Both the position numbers and the translations under genes were made by a program. DNA of 64,000 nucleotides, from the NCBI GenBank assembly GCA_045837725.1, contig JBEWZL010000278.1, positions 248,001 through 312,000 of the forward strand, read 5' to 3'. The DNA comes from Vermamoeba vermiformis (taxonomy: Eukaryota). This document shows positions 1 through 12,205 of this stretch, piece by piece (positions within the stretch are counted from its first letter, which is position 1; each line of letters begins with the position of its first letter). The notes under the pieces were generated by a model. The model did not search any database, had not been told where the DNA came from, and saw nothing but the letters and a program-made list of their open reading frames with translations.

Positions 1-2608
1 CATGCATATAAATACTCGTACTAACGCTGTGGCCAGTTCAAAAGCAAAAAGAAGTCAAAGAGGAGTCCGAGGAAGAGATTGATGACGCATCAGCAGACGT
101 GAGTTCAGACGACGAGGATGACGATGAGCTGTCAGGACTCGGCGGCAGTGACTATTCGGGCGATGAAATGGAAGACGAGAATCAAAAGGGATTCGTGGCG
201 CATGGTGGCAATGAGAGTGATGACGAAGACAACTTGGAATTTTTGGAGCTCAAAATGTACGAGAAACGTCAAGAACACATTGCTAAGCGCAAAGAGGTCA
301 TTGCGGCTACTGCTGCTTCTATTGTAGAAGACCCTGAGAACAGAGTACGTAACAGATCTAGATCTGACATGAAACATGAATATTAACGTCATCCTATTTA
401 GATCAAGCGCTTGAAAGAGCTGCGAGATTTGTCCAAAGACTCGAGTGACGCTGTGAAGAAATTGTTGATTTTGTCCGAACTGGCCGTGTACAAAGACTTG
501 GCTCCTGGTTACCGCATCGTTGTGCACCACGAGGATGATCCTAAAGTCAAGGTAATATTGCCTAATTTGGTAATATTGTGCATAGCTAACGTCTTGCTGT
601 AGATTTCAAAAGACGTCAAAAAATTGCGTGAATACGAAGCCACCTTCTTGGCCGCGTATCAGAAGTACTTGCAATACTTGGACCACTTGATCAAGAGTGC
701 TATGCGCAATGAGTCATCTGATGTTAGCGAGAGCTCATTGCCTGCTATTGCTATTCGCTGCTTGACGCAATTGTTGTTGGATCTGACCTTCTTCAACTAC
801 CGATCTAACATCATTCAAACACTCGTCCCTCTCATGAACTCGCACATCGAAGTGGTACGTATACATAATGCCTCATAATAGTATGATATATGGTATTAAT
901 CATGCCTTGTAGTTCAGTGATCTCGCTTGCAAAGGCATGGAAATGTTGTTCAAGAAAGACACGCAAGGTGACGCCAGTTTGGAAGCAGTGAGAATCATCG
1001 CTCAAATGATCAAAGCTAAGGGCTACTCTGTTAGACACCAGGTATATTATAATGTACTAATATTGGAGGACTTTTGTCTAACTCCAGTACCAGGCTTTGA
1101 GAACGTTTTTGCAATTGCACTTGACCGAAGAACTCGATGAAGGAGATGACATTATTAACCCTGAAAACAACAAGTTCAACAAGAGGTTAAAGATGACTAA
1201 GCGAATGAAGAAGAAAAAGAAAGAAGAAAAAGAATTGGAGCGAGATCTGCGTCTGGCGGAAGCTGAACAAAATCGCGAGGAAAAGAAACAAAACGTAAGA
1301 ATTAATCTAGTCATTGTAAGCCTTACTAATATCATATTATAGCAAAAAGAAATTCTCAAGGCAATCTTCTTGACGTACTTCAGAATTTTGAAGAAAGCCA
1401 GAGGATCCAATTTGTTGCCTTATGTACTCGAAGGTCTTGCGAGGTAATAATCTACAACAATACCATTCTCTGTCCATATTCTAACGTATAATAGATTCTC
1501 GCATTTAATCAACTTGGAGCTGTTAGTCAACTTGTTGCAAGTGTTGCGCGAGTTAATTAGTTCCAAGAAATTGTCGCTCTTGTCATCATTGAACTGCGCT
1601 TTAACTGCGTTCCAAGCACTCAAGATGGAAGGTAATATAACAACATAATATTGCCATATAAGGAAAAGTTATCTCATCAGCTCATATCTTTAGGTGACAC
1701 GTTGAGCATTGATTTGAAAGATTTCTACACCGAGTTCTACGGCATTTTATTGAAATTAGTCACATGCTCACCAGCAGAACAAACAGAGCTGATCCCGATC
1801 ACCATCAGTTGTTTGCAGCTGATGTTATACGAGCGCAGACAGCTCTCGATGGACCGTGTTGCTGCTTTCATCAAGCGCGTGCTGATCATTTCAATGCACT
1901 TGCAGCCCAATGCAGCCATTGCCATGCTCGTCGTTGTGCGTGATTTGTTAAGAGTAAGTCTTTTGGTGTTATATAAAGTGCGTGCCAAGTGATTAATGTT
2001 GCTGTTTTAGAAATATCCTAAAGCCCAACAACTGCTCGACAGTGAAGTGACTAACTCTGGTGAATATCTCGCTGATATTGATGACCCTGAGCACTGCAAT
2101 CCATTCGCTTCTCAGACTTGGGAGTTTGGTTTGTTGGTTGTAAGTCAACTTTTCAATTGAAATAAGGTGTCATTTTGGTAACTTTTTCTGCCAGCAACAC
2201 TACCATCCTACACTTGCCAAACTCGCACGCGTAGTCGTATTGCAAGAACAAGTCAATGTTAGCAAGACAGCGCACGCACTCGTCGAGAAGTTTGACTGGC
2301 TCGGACCGAATGCCGGTTCAACAGTCATGACAGGTGTCACCAGCCCTACTCCGCATGTGCTGCAGACCAATATTGAAAAGTATCAGAAGAAATTGGAGCA
2401 AGCTACAAGTGCCCGTGCTCGCGCTAGAGTCCCTGTCAAGGCTTGGTTCGTGCAACCTCAGCTAGATGTTGTCAAGTCATCGTTCATGAACGGCTTGGAA
2501 CAGCGATACGAACGAATAATGAAGAAAGTGAGCGACGCTGATGAATCGAAATTGTTCCGCGATGTGTATGAAGATGCAGTCAATACTTTGCAAGTTGTAG
2601 ATGATTAA
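1..2608 (+). CDS. NOC3: Nucleolar complex protein 3 homolog (NOC3, CBF/Mak21 domain); multi-exon, 5' end outside the window
   Basis: Spliced ORFs give [58 protein letters not shown] and [11 protein letters not shown]. Stop at 2606-2608. Confidence 0.9.
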
Positions 2609-2693
2609 ACAAGACTAAAACGACTAATAAAACAAAAAAATTGTTAATTTTAACTTCAAAGTGATATTTACACGCATAAATGCTCGCTTAGAA

Positions 2694-4953
2694 TTATTTG
2701 TCCTTCTTAGTCTCGACAGTGGCAGTGTTGTCCGCAGCACCGTCAGTCGGGGCAGTAGTCTCGCCGTTAGCTGTGGTCTCTTTGACTTCAGGACCTTCGA
2801 CGGCATCATCGCCCTCGCCGAATGTCTCAATGCGCGAAGTGTCAACAGGGTAGATCCAGCGTTGGTACAAATAGATCAAGAACACAACATCTGAGTAGGA
2901 TATTAGTAAATGAACTCAAACTAACAATTGAGTACTTACCGTCACGGAAACACTTCAGTCTGTGCATAGTTGGCATGCGAATAATGAACGCGAACAAGTC
3001 ATCGATGAAAGTGTTGAGAGCACGATAGATCAATGCGCGCCATGGCAAGTGAGCGACAGACTTGCGCTTGTAACTGAGTACCAATTGTTAGCATTCCTTT
3101 AGTGAGTTACCTTATCACTTACTTGATGAACAGCTGCGGAGTCATGGCGATGAATCCAAAAGTGTAAATGAAGCCAGCGGCAGTGGAAATGATCCACGAG
3201 TACCAGCTCTTGTGTGTCTCGTACAACACGGAATAGACGGCATAACCAATGAGCAGCGGATACAAGGCCCAGCTCAAGTACTTCATGGCATCGAGATCGT
3301 GTTGTTTGGTCGATGTGGAATATGAATTCTTGTCGGTCAGTTTGATGTACGGCAGTCCTTTCCATTTGTGGAATGACACGTGGACAGCACGCGTGACTTT
3401 CCAGCCTTCGATCAACAGACCCACACCTGTGCTGCCGAGCACGAGCCAGCTAGTCTCGTTGTCGAGCAAGTACAAGAAGATGATCACATTGCTCACAAAG
3501 TTGATGTACAATGTGCGCACTGACAGGCCTTCCATGGACTTTCTCTTGCGCCAGAACTGAATATCTAATGACGGCAGTTAGTTCACTTGCCAACTCAATT
3601 GACACGTGTCACTTACCGTTCTTGAACGCCAAAGTGTCAAAAACAGTGTGCAATGTCGAGACGACCATAGTCAATACTAGGATAGCGGGGTGATTGTCCA
3701 TTAACATGCGCTGAAGAAAGTCAAAGTCAGCACTACATTACCGCAAAACAGATCTGGTCTAACAAATCTCACCTTCAACTCTTCAGATTCGCCCTCTTCA
3801 GCTCCGAACATTGTCTTTTGCATGTTAAATGATTCTTCCATTTGCACGTAAAAGCTGAACTTCATAAGTGAAATAGGCTCGAATGTCATGTCGAGGGGCA
3901 GTGACTTGACGGTGTCGTTGAGCAGCGACAAGTGTTCGCGCATCAACCAAAAATCATTCACAAAGATCGATGGCTTGTAATTGCCATAATTGTCGAACTC
4001 AAAGTCTAATTAAGGTCGTTAGAAATGCATTATAAAGGATCAATTCGGGGTACTTACGAGGAGCGAGAGGTGGCGGCACAGTACCGCGCTTGTATTCAGT
4101 GTGATCTTGCAACAAATTGAGCGTCAAATTGCCCTTCCAATAGCTCACTAATTCTTTCACTTGCGAGCTCTGAATAGCAAAGTCAATCGCAAGTACTACA
4201 GTAATAATATCGTATTGTCGGCTGTACCTTATCAGTTTGAACGACAGTCTCTTCCTCGCCTGTAATTAAATTTTTCTTGGTGACTTCTTTGGGCTTGGGC
4301 AAGTACTTGTTCAACACTAGGGACTAAAGTTAACGAGCGATCCACGTCATCGATAATCATCTCGCACTTACAAACTGTTTTTTGCAAGATAATGTCCTTA
4401 GAATTAGGCACAGGCTTTTTGCCAGCCTTGGTGAAGAAAATATGGGCCCAGATCGTGCCATTGTGTTGCATTTTCTGAATTTTGAAAAATATTTAGATAA
4501 TTATTCTGAGGGGCATATCTTAATTATATTTACGTACCTCCGTCGGCGTTATAGTTATTAATTTATGTCTATTATTTCCTTCACTCCAATCACCGTAGAT
4601 CAAACTTTTCTCGTGCCAAATAAGTGAGTTAGGATTGGCCAAATAATCTTCCTTTTGATCTTCCGTCATATAGACGTATAAGTCCTAATAAAGCGATTAT
4701 TTAATTACTGCAATTTTGGGATGACGTTGTCCGATCTCGGATCTGCGGAGTAAAAGCATACCATACGGCTGTGAGGCATCAAAAGATTTCTGTGAGCAGG
4801 TAATGGTTGTCCTGTTTGCGGATCTACTGTACTCGTATTCTTAAAAGGCGATCCAAAGAGCAGCAAGTAGATGCTGCCAAAGAAGATCAACCTGTTCAGG
4901 ATGGATCCAATAGAGAACCCTCCTCCTTGTTGCTGTTGTTGTGCTTGAGCCAT
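2694..4953 (-). CDS. CLPTM1: CLPTM1-family membrane protein (lipid scramblase-like); multi-exon
   Basis: Motifs NGTIWAHIF, NDFW, SMEGLSVRT, LYLLDNETSW, FGFIAMTPQLFI, KSVAHLPWRALIYRALNTFIDDLFAFIIRMPTMHRL and YLYQRWIYPVD. ATG at 4953. Confidence 0.93.
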
Positions 4954-5009
4954 TCTCGAGGACAGAATAGAAAAAACACGTGGCGTTAAAGTTTTTGTTA
5001 CAAAACTCG

Positions 5010-5066
5010 TTTCGCGCCAAAACATGATTTTGGTTTTATTTGAATTTTGACCGCCTTTTTTTCAAA
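5010..5066 (+). promoter_or_regulatory. E2F-like site plus CHR-like elements in the CLPTM1/CAP-D3 bidirectional promoter
   Basis: TTTCGCGCCAAAA at 5010-5022, TTTGAA at 5039-5044 and TTCAAA at 5061-5066, upstream of a mitotic gene. Confidence 0.5.
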
Positions 5067-5144
5067 TTGATCGCTGAGAGGCAACACATCAGAGTATCTG
5101 TCCACGGGTAATCTGCTTTTATTTATTTATTAAACTACGCCAAA

Positions 5145-8100
5145 ATGTCGAAGCAATCAAAGAAACAGTTCGATCAATTGTTGAATCTGCTAACTGAGCT
5201 GAATATTCAGCGCGTGGATTCAGATTTTGTTGAAGATTTATGGCGAGGAGAGATTGACGAAGACAATATTACCGCACCTAAGGTTACAGAAGATACACTA
5301 ACAGATGTCCTCACTGAAATTACTAGCAACAAATATTTGCCCAAGGAAGCTGCCACTCCTTCTAGCGTTGGCAGATTATGGACTTTAATGACAGAGCGGG
5401 AGATGCCTCCTAGAAATTTGGTCGCTCTTCTCTATCAAATTATTCGTGCATCTAAAAACTCCGAGCTCTCGTTTTTGGCTGCACACATTTACATTGCTAT
5501 GCTTCAACTCCCTGGTAGCAATGTGTACAACGTATTTAATCCTTTTGTGTTCCGCACAGTCCTCAACCTTGTGCGCGAATGGACTGTCAGAGGCAACTCG
5601 AAAAGTAAGCGATCCGGATCGTTAATATCTCTATCGTACTAACCTTAAGAATAGAACGCAAACAAAAGAACTTTTTTGACGAAGAAATTGAGGAACCTAA
5701 GGAAGAAATGGAAGTCGAAGAGGAAGAAGATGATGTAAGATTACTGGATCTTAAAATAATTCAACTAACCCCCTTACAGAAGAAACAAGACCAATCAGTC
5801 AATATTCAACGTGTTATTGGCTTGTTGGAGACCATGAAGCGATTGTTCGTGACTTACGCCATGGACAACCACCAAGAGTCTGTGATCAATGCCGTGGAAG
5901 TCCTCTCTGAAGCTACTCGCTACACGTATGACGATGGCACTGTCAAGAAGTACGTATTTGATATGACTATAGTACTATATGATACTAACTACTATTTGCT
6001 CACAGGAAACGAGCTCGAACTGGTAATTAGCCTCTTCAAAAAGTTTGTTCTAATGTGACGACACTAACTTCCATTCAGTTGAACACCCCGAGTCCGTGGT
6101 GAAGATGTGGGACCACTGCTACAGCGTGCTCAAGTCACTCTTGCACCCAATGCACGGGGCTACTGAGCACAACCTCGGCATTGTGTTCAAACACTTGCTC
6201 GGCAATGTGCTCTTGACATTTGACGCCGTGAATGGCGCGAGTGTGCCCAAGACCTATCACGCAATCAGATCGAAGGCCCTCACATTCATCAAGCAAGTCG
6301 TTGAGAGCGAGCCTGAAGACAAACAAACCTCTGCAGCCTTGCAAGTCTTGTTGCAATACGTGTGCATGCGTGCGCCTGAGAAAGCTGAGTACCGACACTT
6401 GGCTGCCAAGTCCATCAACGAGCTGTTCGACTTGTTGCAAAATGAAGACAAGACTCGGTTTATTCGATTCGTGGACAAGTACTCGAAGAACAAGAAGGTA
6501 AGTGCAATGCAAATATGGGGTTGTATTAACGATATCATTAGACCAACTACCGCATGTTCGCTGTTGAGACTGCTCTTGATATGATTAATGACAAGGCACG
6601 TGAGGAGACTTTGAATGAAGCTCAACAGAGTGACTTGAGCAGCTTGTTGAACATTATCATGGCGCGATCATGTGACAAGTTGGTGGGCATTCGGTCTAAG
6701 GCCCTGTCTGCCATCACATCTATGCTCGATGCTTTCGAGACTTACGGCCCATTCAAGCAATGTATGTCATAATATTGATGTTCTACTCGAGTACTAACAC
6801 AACGATCAGTGTTGACGGCTACATTCACCGCGAGTCAAGCCAACAATTCCTTGCTCAACACACCGGGTTCAGTGTCTGTTGCCACTCCTCCTAACTCCAA
6901 CAGTCCCAAGACCCCTACCGCAGCTACTCCAAGCACACCCAACACAAACGCTCAATCACCAAACACACCTGTCACGCCTGTCACTCCTGGCCAATCAGTG
7001 TCACTTTGGTCTCTTTTGGCTCGTCGTGCTCAAGATCCCAAGTGCGCCGTACGTCGTTCAGCAGTCACTGCACTTGCAGCCCTCGGTGCAGTTACAGTGC
7101 CCCCTGCTGGCCCTACTGCTTCACTTCTCGCTCAACGTGCTGCTGATCCTAGCCGCGCTGTTCGTCGTGCAGCTCTTGCCGCTCTCGGAAGCTTTGCAGC
7201 TCGTGAAGGCGGTGCTTGGTCACGTGCTTGGGTCGTCGCTGCTTGGCCTCGTGCTTGCGACACTGAAGCTTCAGTTGCTGCTCAAGTCCTCAACGACTTT
7301 ACGACCATTGTCATCGACCGCGTGATCAGCAATTATCAAGACGACACTCTCTGGCAATTGATCGAAGACGCTGATCAACCCTCCAGTGACATGGGCAAGT
7401 ACATGCAAAAGATTTGCGCGTTGTTGGCCAAAGAAAAGAAGTTGCCCCGCAAGTTGGTCACAAACTTGGAGCACGCCATCACCAAGACTTCACGTCGCGG
7501 TCCTTGGATCTTGTTGGCCTATGTGGCTCCTTACTGCGCTGAGCAAATCACTCACAAGCTCGTTGCTGATCGATGGAACAAGTTGAAGAGCACTGACAAA
7601 GGTAAGGTTATCGACAATATGCTAGGTTGATAACTAATGCATATTACAGACGAAGTTGATGACGACAAAGTCAAAGTGCTTCGTATTCTGAGCTACATTG
7701 TGGGTTCGATCGACTCGAAACTCGGCGAAGCATTGTTCGAAGATCTTTTAAACAGACTCGAGAAGTTCAATCACAAGCCTATTCTCATTCAGAACTACAT
7801 TCAAACGTTGTCAAAGCTCACTCAACGTCAACAAAGCAATGCCAAGAATGCTAAGATCACTTACCCTTGGGCCAAGAAGCTGTTGGAGACTTGTGACGAG
7901 GCTCTTGCGCGCATCGTCTTGCCCGCTGCTGGAGCTAACGCACAAAGCAGTCAATCACAAGGCAAATCTGCACCTGTCTCGTCCTTTGACGCATTGGAGC
8001 GCTATCTCTTCACTGTTGGAGAATTGGCTCAATTGTGCCCTGAAAGTATCTCCAAGCGATTGGTGGCTGTGATTCAAACACTCATCTCACCTTCACTCAC

Positions 8101-10166
8101 CTTGTTTGACTCGCCTGTCCCTCACTCATTGACAGCTCATGCCTTTGTGTCCTTGGGCAAGTTGTGTTTGAACGACCCTGCCCTCGCCAAGCAATGTGTC
8201 GCTGTCTTCGCCAAAGAACTGCACACCTCGCCCCACCCCACTGTGCGCAACAATGTGATGGTGATCATGTGCGATTTGTGCATTAGATACCCCTCATTGG
8301 TCGACAACTACATTCCCAGTCTCACACTCTGCTTGCGCGACGAGAATGAACTCGTGAGACGTCAAACACTTGTCATGTTGACGCAACTGATCCAAGAAGA
8401 CTTCATCAAGTGGAAGAGCGGCTCATTGTTGTTCCGCTTCGTGCTCTCGTTGGTTGACGATTCGCAGAACGTTCGTGACTACGGTAAGATTAGTTTGAAA
8501 TTCTCCTTCTCGACATTGTTACTAACGGTTTTTCCAGCTCGTGTCTGTTTGGAAACTTTGATGACCAAGAACAGCAATGTCAGTCACATGTTCTATTTGC
8601 AGTTCATCGAAACTATCTTCTGCTTGAACGACTATCGCTTGCACACTACTTACAACCAATACCCGCAGTCAGAGAAGGAACGCATCTTGTTCTCACTCAA
8701 GGGCAGTGGCGACAACAAGGAGTACGTAGAAAAGTGAAGTAATTTGGAGCCATGTACTAATTGCTTTTGTAGCAAACGCATGTCAATTTACACCATGTTC
8801 TTGGAGCACATGAGCGACGATGAAAAGTTCAATTTGACGTCGAAACTCTGTCTCGAGGTGCTCGGCGGTGTAGTCGAAGGCAAAATGGCCCTTCAACAAG
8901 CTCAACACGTGCTCTCCGATGCCTTGTCTATTCTCACCAGCAAAGAGATCAAGTTGGGCGCCACAACTGCCAAGGACGAAGATATTGACGAAGATGAGAA
9001 CCCTGAGGCTCAAAAACTTGCTGATGCCAAGGGCAAGATCTTGTCCAAGTTGGTGAAGAAGAACGTGATGGAGAACATTGTGCCCATCGTGTTGGAACTC
9101 AAACAGCTCTTAGAGACCAATCGCTCACCTTTGTTGGGCAACTTGATCGAGTACTTGAAGGAGCTCATGAAAGAGTACAAAGATGAAGTTGAAGAGATCC
9201 TCGTGGACAAGAAGTTGATCAAAGAGTTGGAGTACGAATTGCGTCAATTCAAGCCTCAAACAGTCAACACATTCAAGTCTCCCGCACCTCCTTCAGCCAC
9301 CAAACAAATTCCCATGGCTTCACCTCGTCCTGTCATCGCTGCTTCACCTGCCAAAGGACGTCCTTCGCTTGCTAACTTTGCAGTACCGAAGTTGCGTAAG
9401 AGAGTCAGTCTGGCCCTCACCTCGTACACCCCTTCACCTGCACGCAAGAATGTGAGTGATGTTCGTCGTGCCTTGCTCGAAGAAGACAAGCCCGAGTCTG
9501 TTGAAAAAGACGGTGAGACCGAGAACAAGAGCGAAGAACCTGTGTTCCGCATGCCCACCACTCCCTTCAGAGGCGGTGCTCAATCCGCTGATCTGCGCAT
9601 GCCACCATTGCCTTCACCTGGTCGACGCGACTGGCCCACTCTTCGTCGTCCTCGCAACACGAGCAGTCCCACGAAAGAAGACTCGAGACCTCAGCCCGAA
9701 GAGACATCCTGAAGAGCCCAAGGTCGCTGTCAAGCGTCAAGGCACCAAGCGTAAAGCTCCTGAAGCTCCCTCTAGTCCTCAAGCACCTGTCAGTCCTGTC
9801 CGCAAGAGATCTGCTCGCGGTGCTGCCACTGAATCGACTTCGAACACTCGCAAACGAAAGCGTGAAACAGCTGTCAAAGAGACCACTGCGACTAAGAAGA
9901 ACACACGCAAGAAAGTTGAAGAGAGTGACGACGAGATTAGTGACTTGTCCAGCGACGAGGATGAAGTTGTCAATGACAAGGCCGTAAGTGACGATGAAAT
10001 TAGCGACGTGTCGAGCGATGAAGAAGAAAAAGAGAATAAGACCAATGTAAATAAGACCACCAAGACACGCAGCGCACCTGCCAAGACTAAAGCTCCCGTT
10101 AAAGCGGCTGCACCCAAAGCGAAGGCCCCAGCGCGTCGTTCTACTCGCAAAGTGCGCGATGATTAA
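5145..10166 (+). CDS. NCAPD3: Condensin II complex subunit D3 (CAP-D3); multi-exon, with a +1 frame discontinuity at 9710
   Basis: HEAT repeats plus Cnd1-type motifs AHAFVSLGKLCL, VRNNVMVIMCDLCIRY, LIQEDFIKWK, KRMSIYTMFLEHM, KKNVMENIVPIVLELK. The main frame stops at TGA 9710-9712, and a K/R/S/D-rich tail continues in +1 to TAA 10164-10166. Contains a 17-nt microexon at 6006-6022. Confidence 0.88.
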
Positions 10167-10353
10167 GTCAAACAGAAGACGTTTGAATTGATCTTTTTCT
10201 ATTTTGTTTAGTCCTCTTGTATCATAGTAAAACACTTTTAATGAATGAAACTTCACTTTGCATGAACACCTTCAACGGCTTTATAAATAATTCGCACTTA
10301 TATACAATGATGCTAAATAATACAATTGAAATACAATGATCTCTTCGACGCGA

Positions 10354-11287
10354 CTACTCTTTGTGTGTTTTTCTAAAATGCTCGCCAACGTTAGGTGGTG
10401 AGTCTCGGTCACGTGCTCGTTCTCGTCCGCCAGAATAATGCAAGTCACCGTTATGATTGTTGTACGCGCGTGATGAGTCAGACCCTGACCCTGACCGCTT
10501 GCGTCCCGAGGATTGTGTGCGCGGTTGTTCGGCGGGAAAAGGATCAAAATTGTGTCCGACGGACTGCGTGAGTTGATTGACTTGCTGCAGTGACCTGTCG
10601 ATCAGTCGGTGTGCGCGCAGATGTGTTGTCTCGTAGACCCAGCCTATAAATGCAGCGATTAAGAGCGACAAGATATAGTTCACTAGTCGCACTTCTTTGC
10701 GGCGGTGGATCTCGGTATCGAAATTTTGTTCGATGACGGTGACGGGGATGTCGTGCGGCGAGTAATAGAAATAAAGCACTTCTACGATGGCGAGCAGTGT
10801 GGTCATCAGTCCTGGCAGTGCTCCAGCCATAAAGAAGGCGTAAATAGGCAGCATTTGGAGATTGATCTCTTGCAGGGTGCGGAATCCGCCCAAACCAACC
10901 GAGAACAAAGCATTGATGCATATAAGCTCCAAGCACGATACATATGCGACAACATGCAGCGAGTTCCTGAACTTGGCGTATTTGATGAAGAAAGGATTGG
11001 CGCCGAACATTATGGCTCCAAGCAGCGTCAGCACCGTGATCTGAGGGTTTCTGAAGTCAGGCACAAAAAAAATAAATATAAAAAAGAATAGCAGTGTTGA
11101 GCCCTGCAGAAGATTGCAAGCTACCAGCCGTCGACAAAGATCCTTTAATTTAAAAATTAAGAAAATGAACAAATAATTGCAATTCGCTTACCAAGTCAAT
11201 ATTTTTCATTTGTCTGTTCGGTATAAAAAAATCCAAGCTGTCCAGCGTCGTGCCAGTCAGACGAGCGAGCAATGTAGATTCGCCCAT
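10354..11287 (-). CDS. Uncharacterised multi-pass (about 5-6 TM) membrane protein; 2 exons
   Basis: ATG at 11287 with a short intron near 11143-11192. Several hydrophobic helices are followed by an amphipathic helix and an S/G/R-rich tail. Confidence 0.7.
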
Positions 11288-11453
11288 TGTTGTTCTATCA
11301 ATGAATCATGAATTTGTCGTGATAACAGGAGTACTATTGTGTGCGCGTATTGTTTTATGAATTATTGAATTACAACGAGCGAGTGTGGGCGAACAATTAT
11401 TTTTTTGCTGCTATTTTAAGCACCAGACCGCATCCAATGCATGACTTGTAAAT

Positions 11454-12082
11454 ATGGACATTGAAGCTCAAATACCAGCTGAATTCGATGAAGATCTGCG
11501 AGGGTCGACAGCCGAAGAGGCATTTCTATATTCCCTACATTATTTATTAGGGATCGAGATCGTGTACGAATACTACACAACGTATAATTCTTTTGTATTA
11601 TTTATTCGCTTATCACAAATGGTATGTAATGAATACACATTATTATTCTATTTTACTAATTTTCGAAATTAATTTTCAATTTTTTTGCTGACGTTTCTTT
11701 CATTAAAATTTCCTCCCCTTGCCTTCTTATTTCAAATAGCATCATATTAACTATATTCAGATAATGATGTTACGCGTTCAAAAATCACATTCTGAGCGGC
11801 GGAGACAAGCAGCGCAAGACAAAGCAGGTGCCATATTTATGCTGACGATGCTGCTCAATATTCCGATATTGCTGTTTCAACTTGTATATAGAAAAATGCA
11901 ACCTGTAGTTATAGTATTTGTAGGCACTGGTACGTACACGAGCAACATCATTAACACCTCTATTAACACGCATGTATTTGACAGTCGCACATGCCTCGTT
12001 GTTTCATATATTGGTCGTGGACTTGTTAATAGGCGCACTGTGTTATATATTGATTAAAATGCGGTCACAAATTGCGAATTAA
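11454..12082 (+). CDS. Small membrane protein, possibly DUF1746 (Dsc4/Vld1-like); 3 exons
   Basis: Spliced product FLYSLHYLLGIEIVYEYY..SFVLFIRLSQ...NIPILLFQL...VIVFVG...ILVVDLLIG. The pattern recalls DUF1746 from memory only. Confidence 0.5.
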
Positions 12083-12205
12083 AAGATTATTTAACAACCC
12101 TACAGACTTGTTCAAGGATTAATATCAGCAGAGTAATTGACAGCGCCATTGACTATGTTACAAATTTATTGTTGTCCATAATTAAGCTCGTATATGAGCT
12201 CACTA

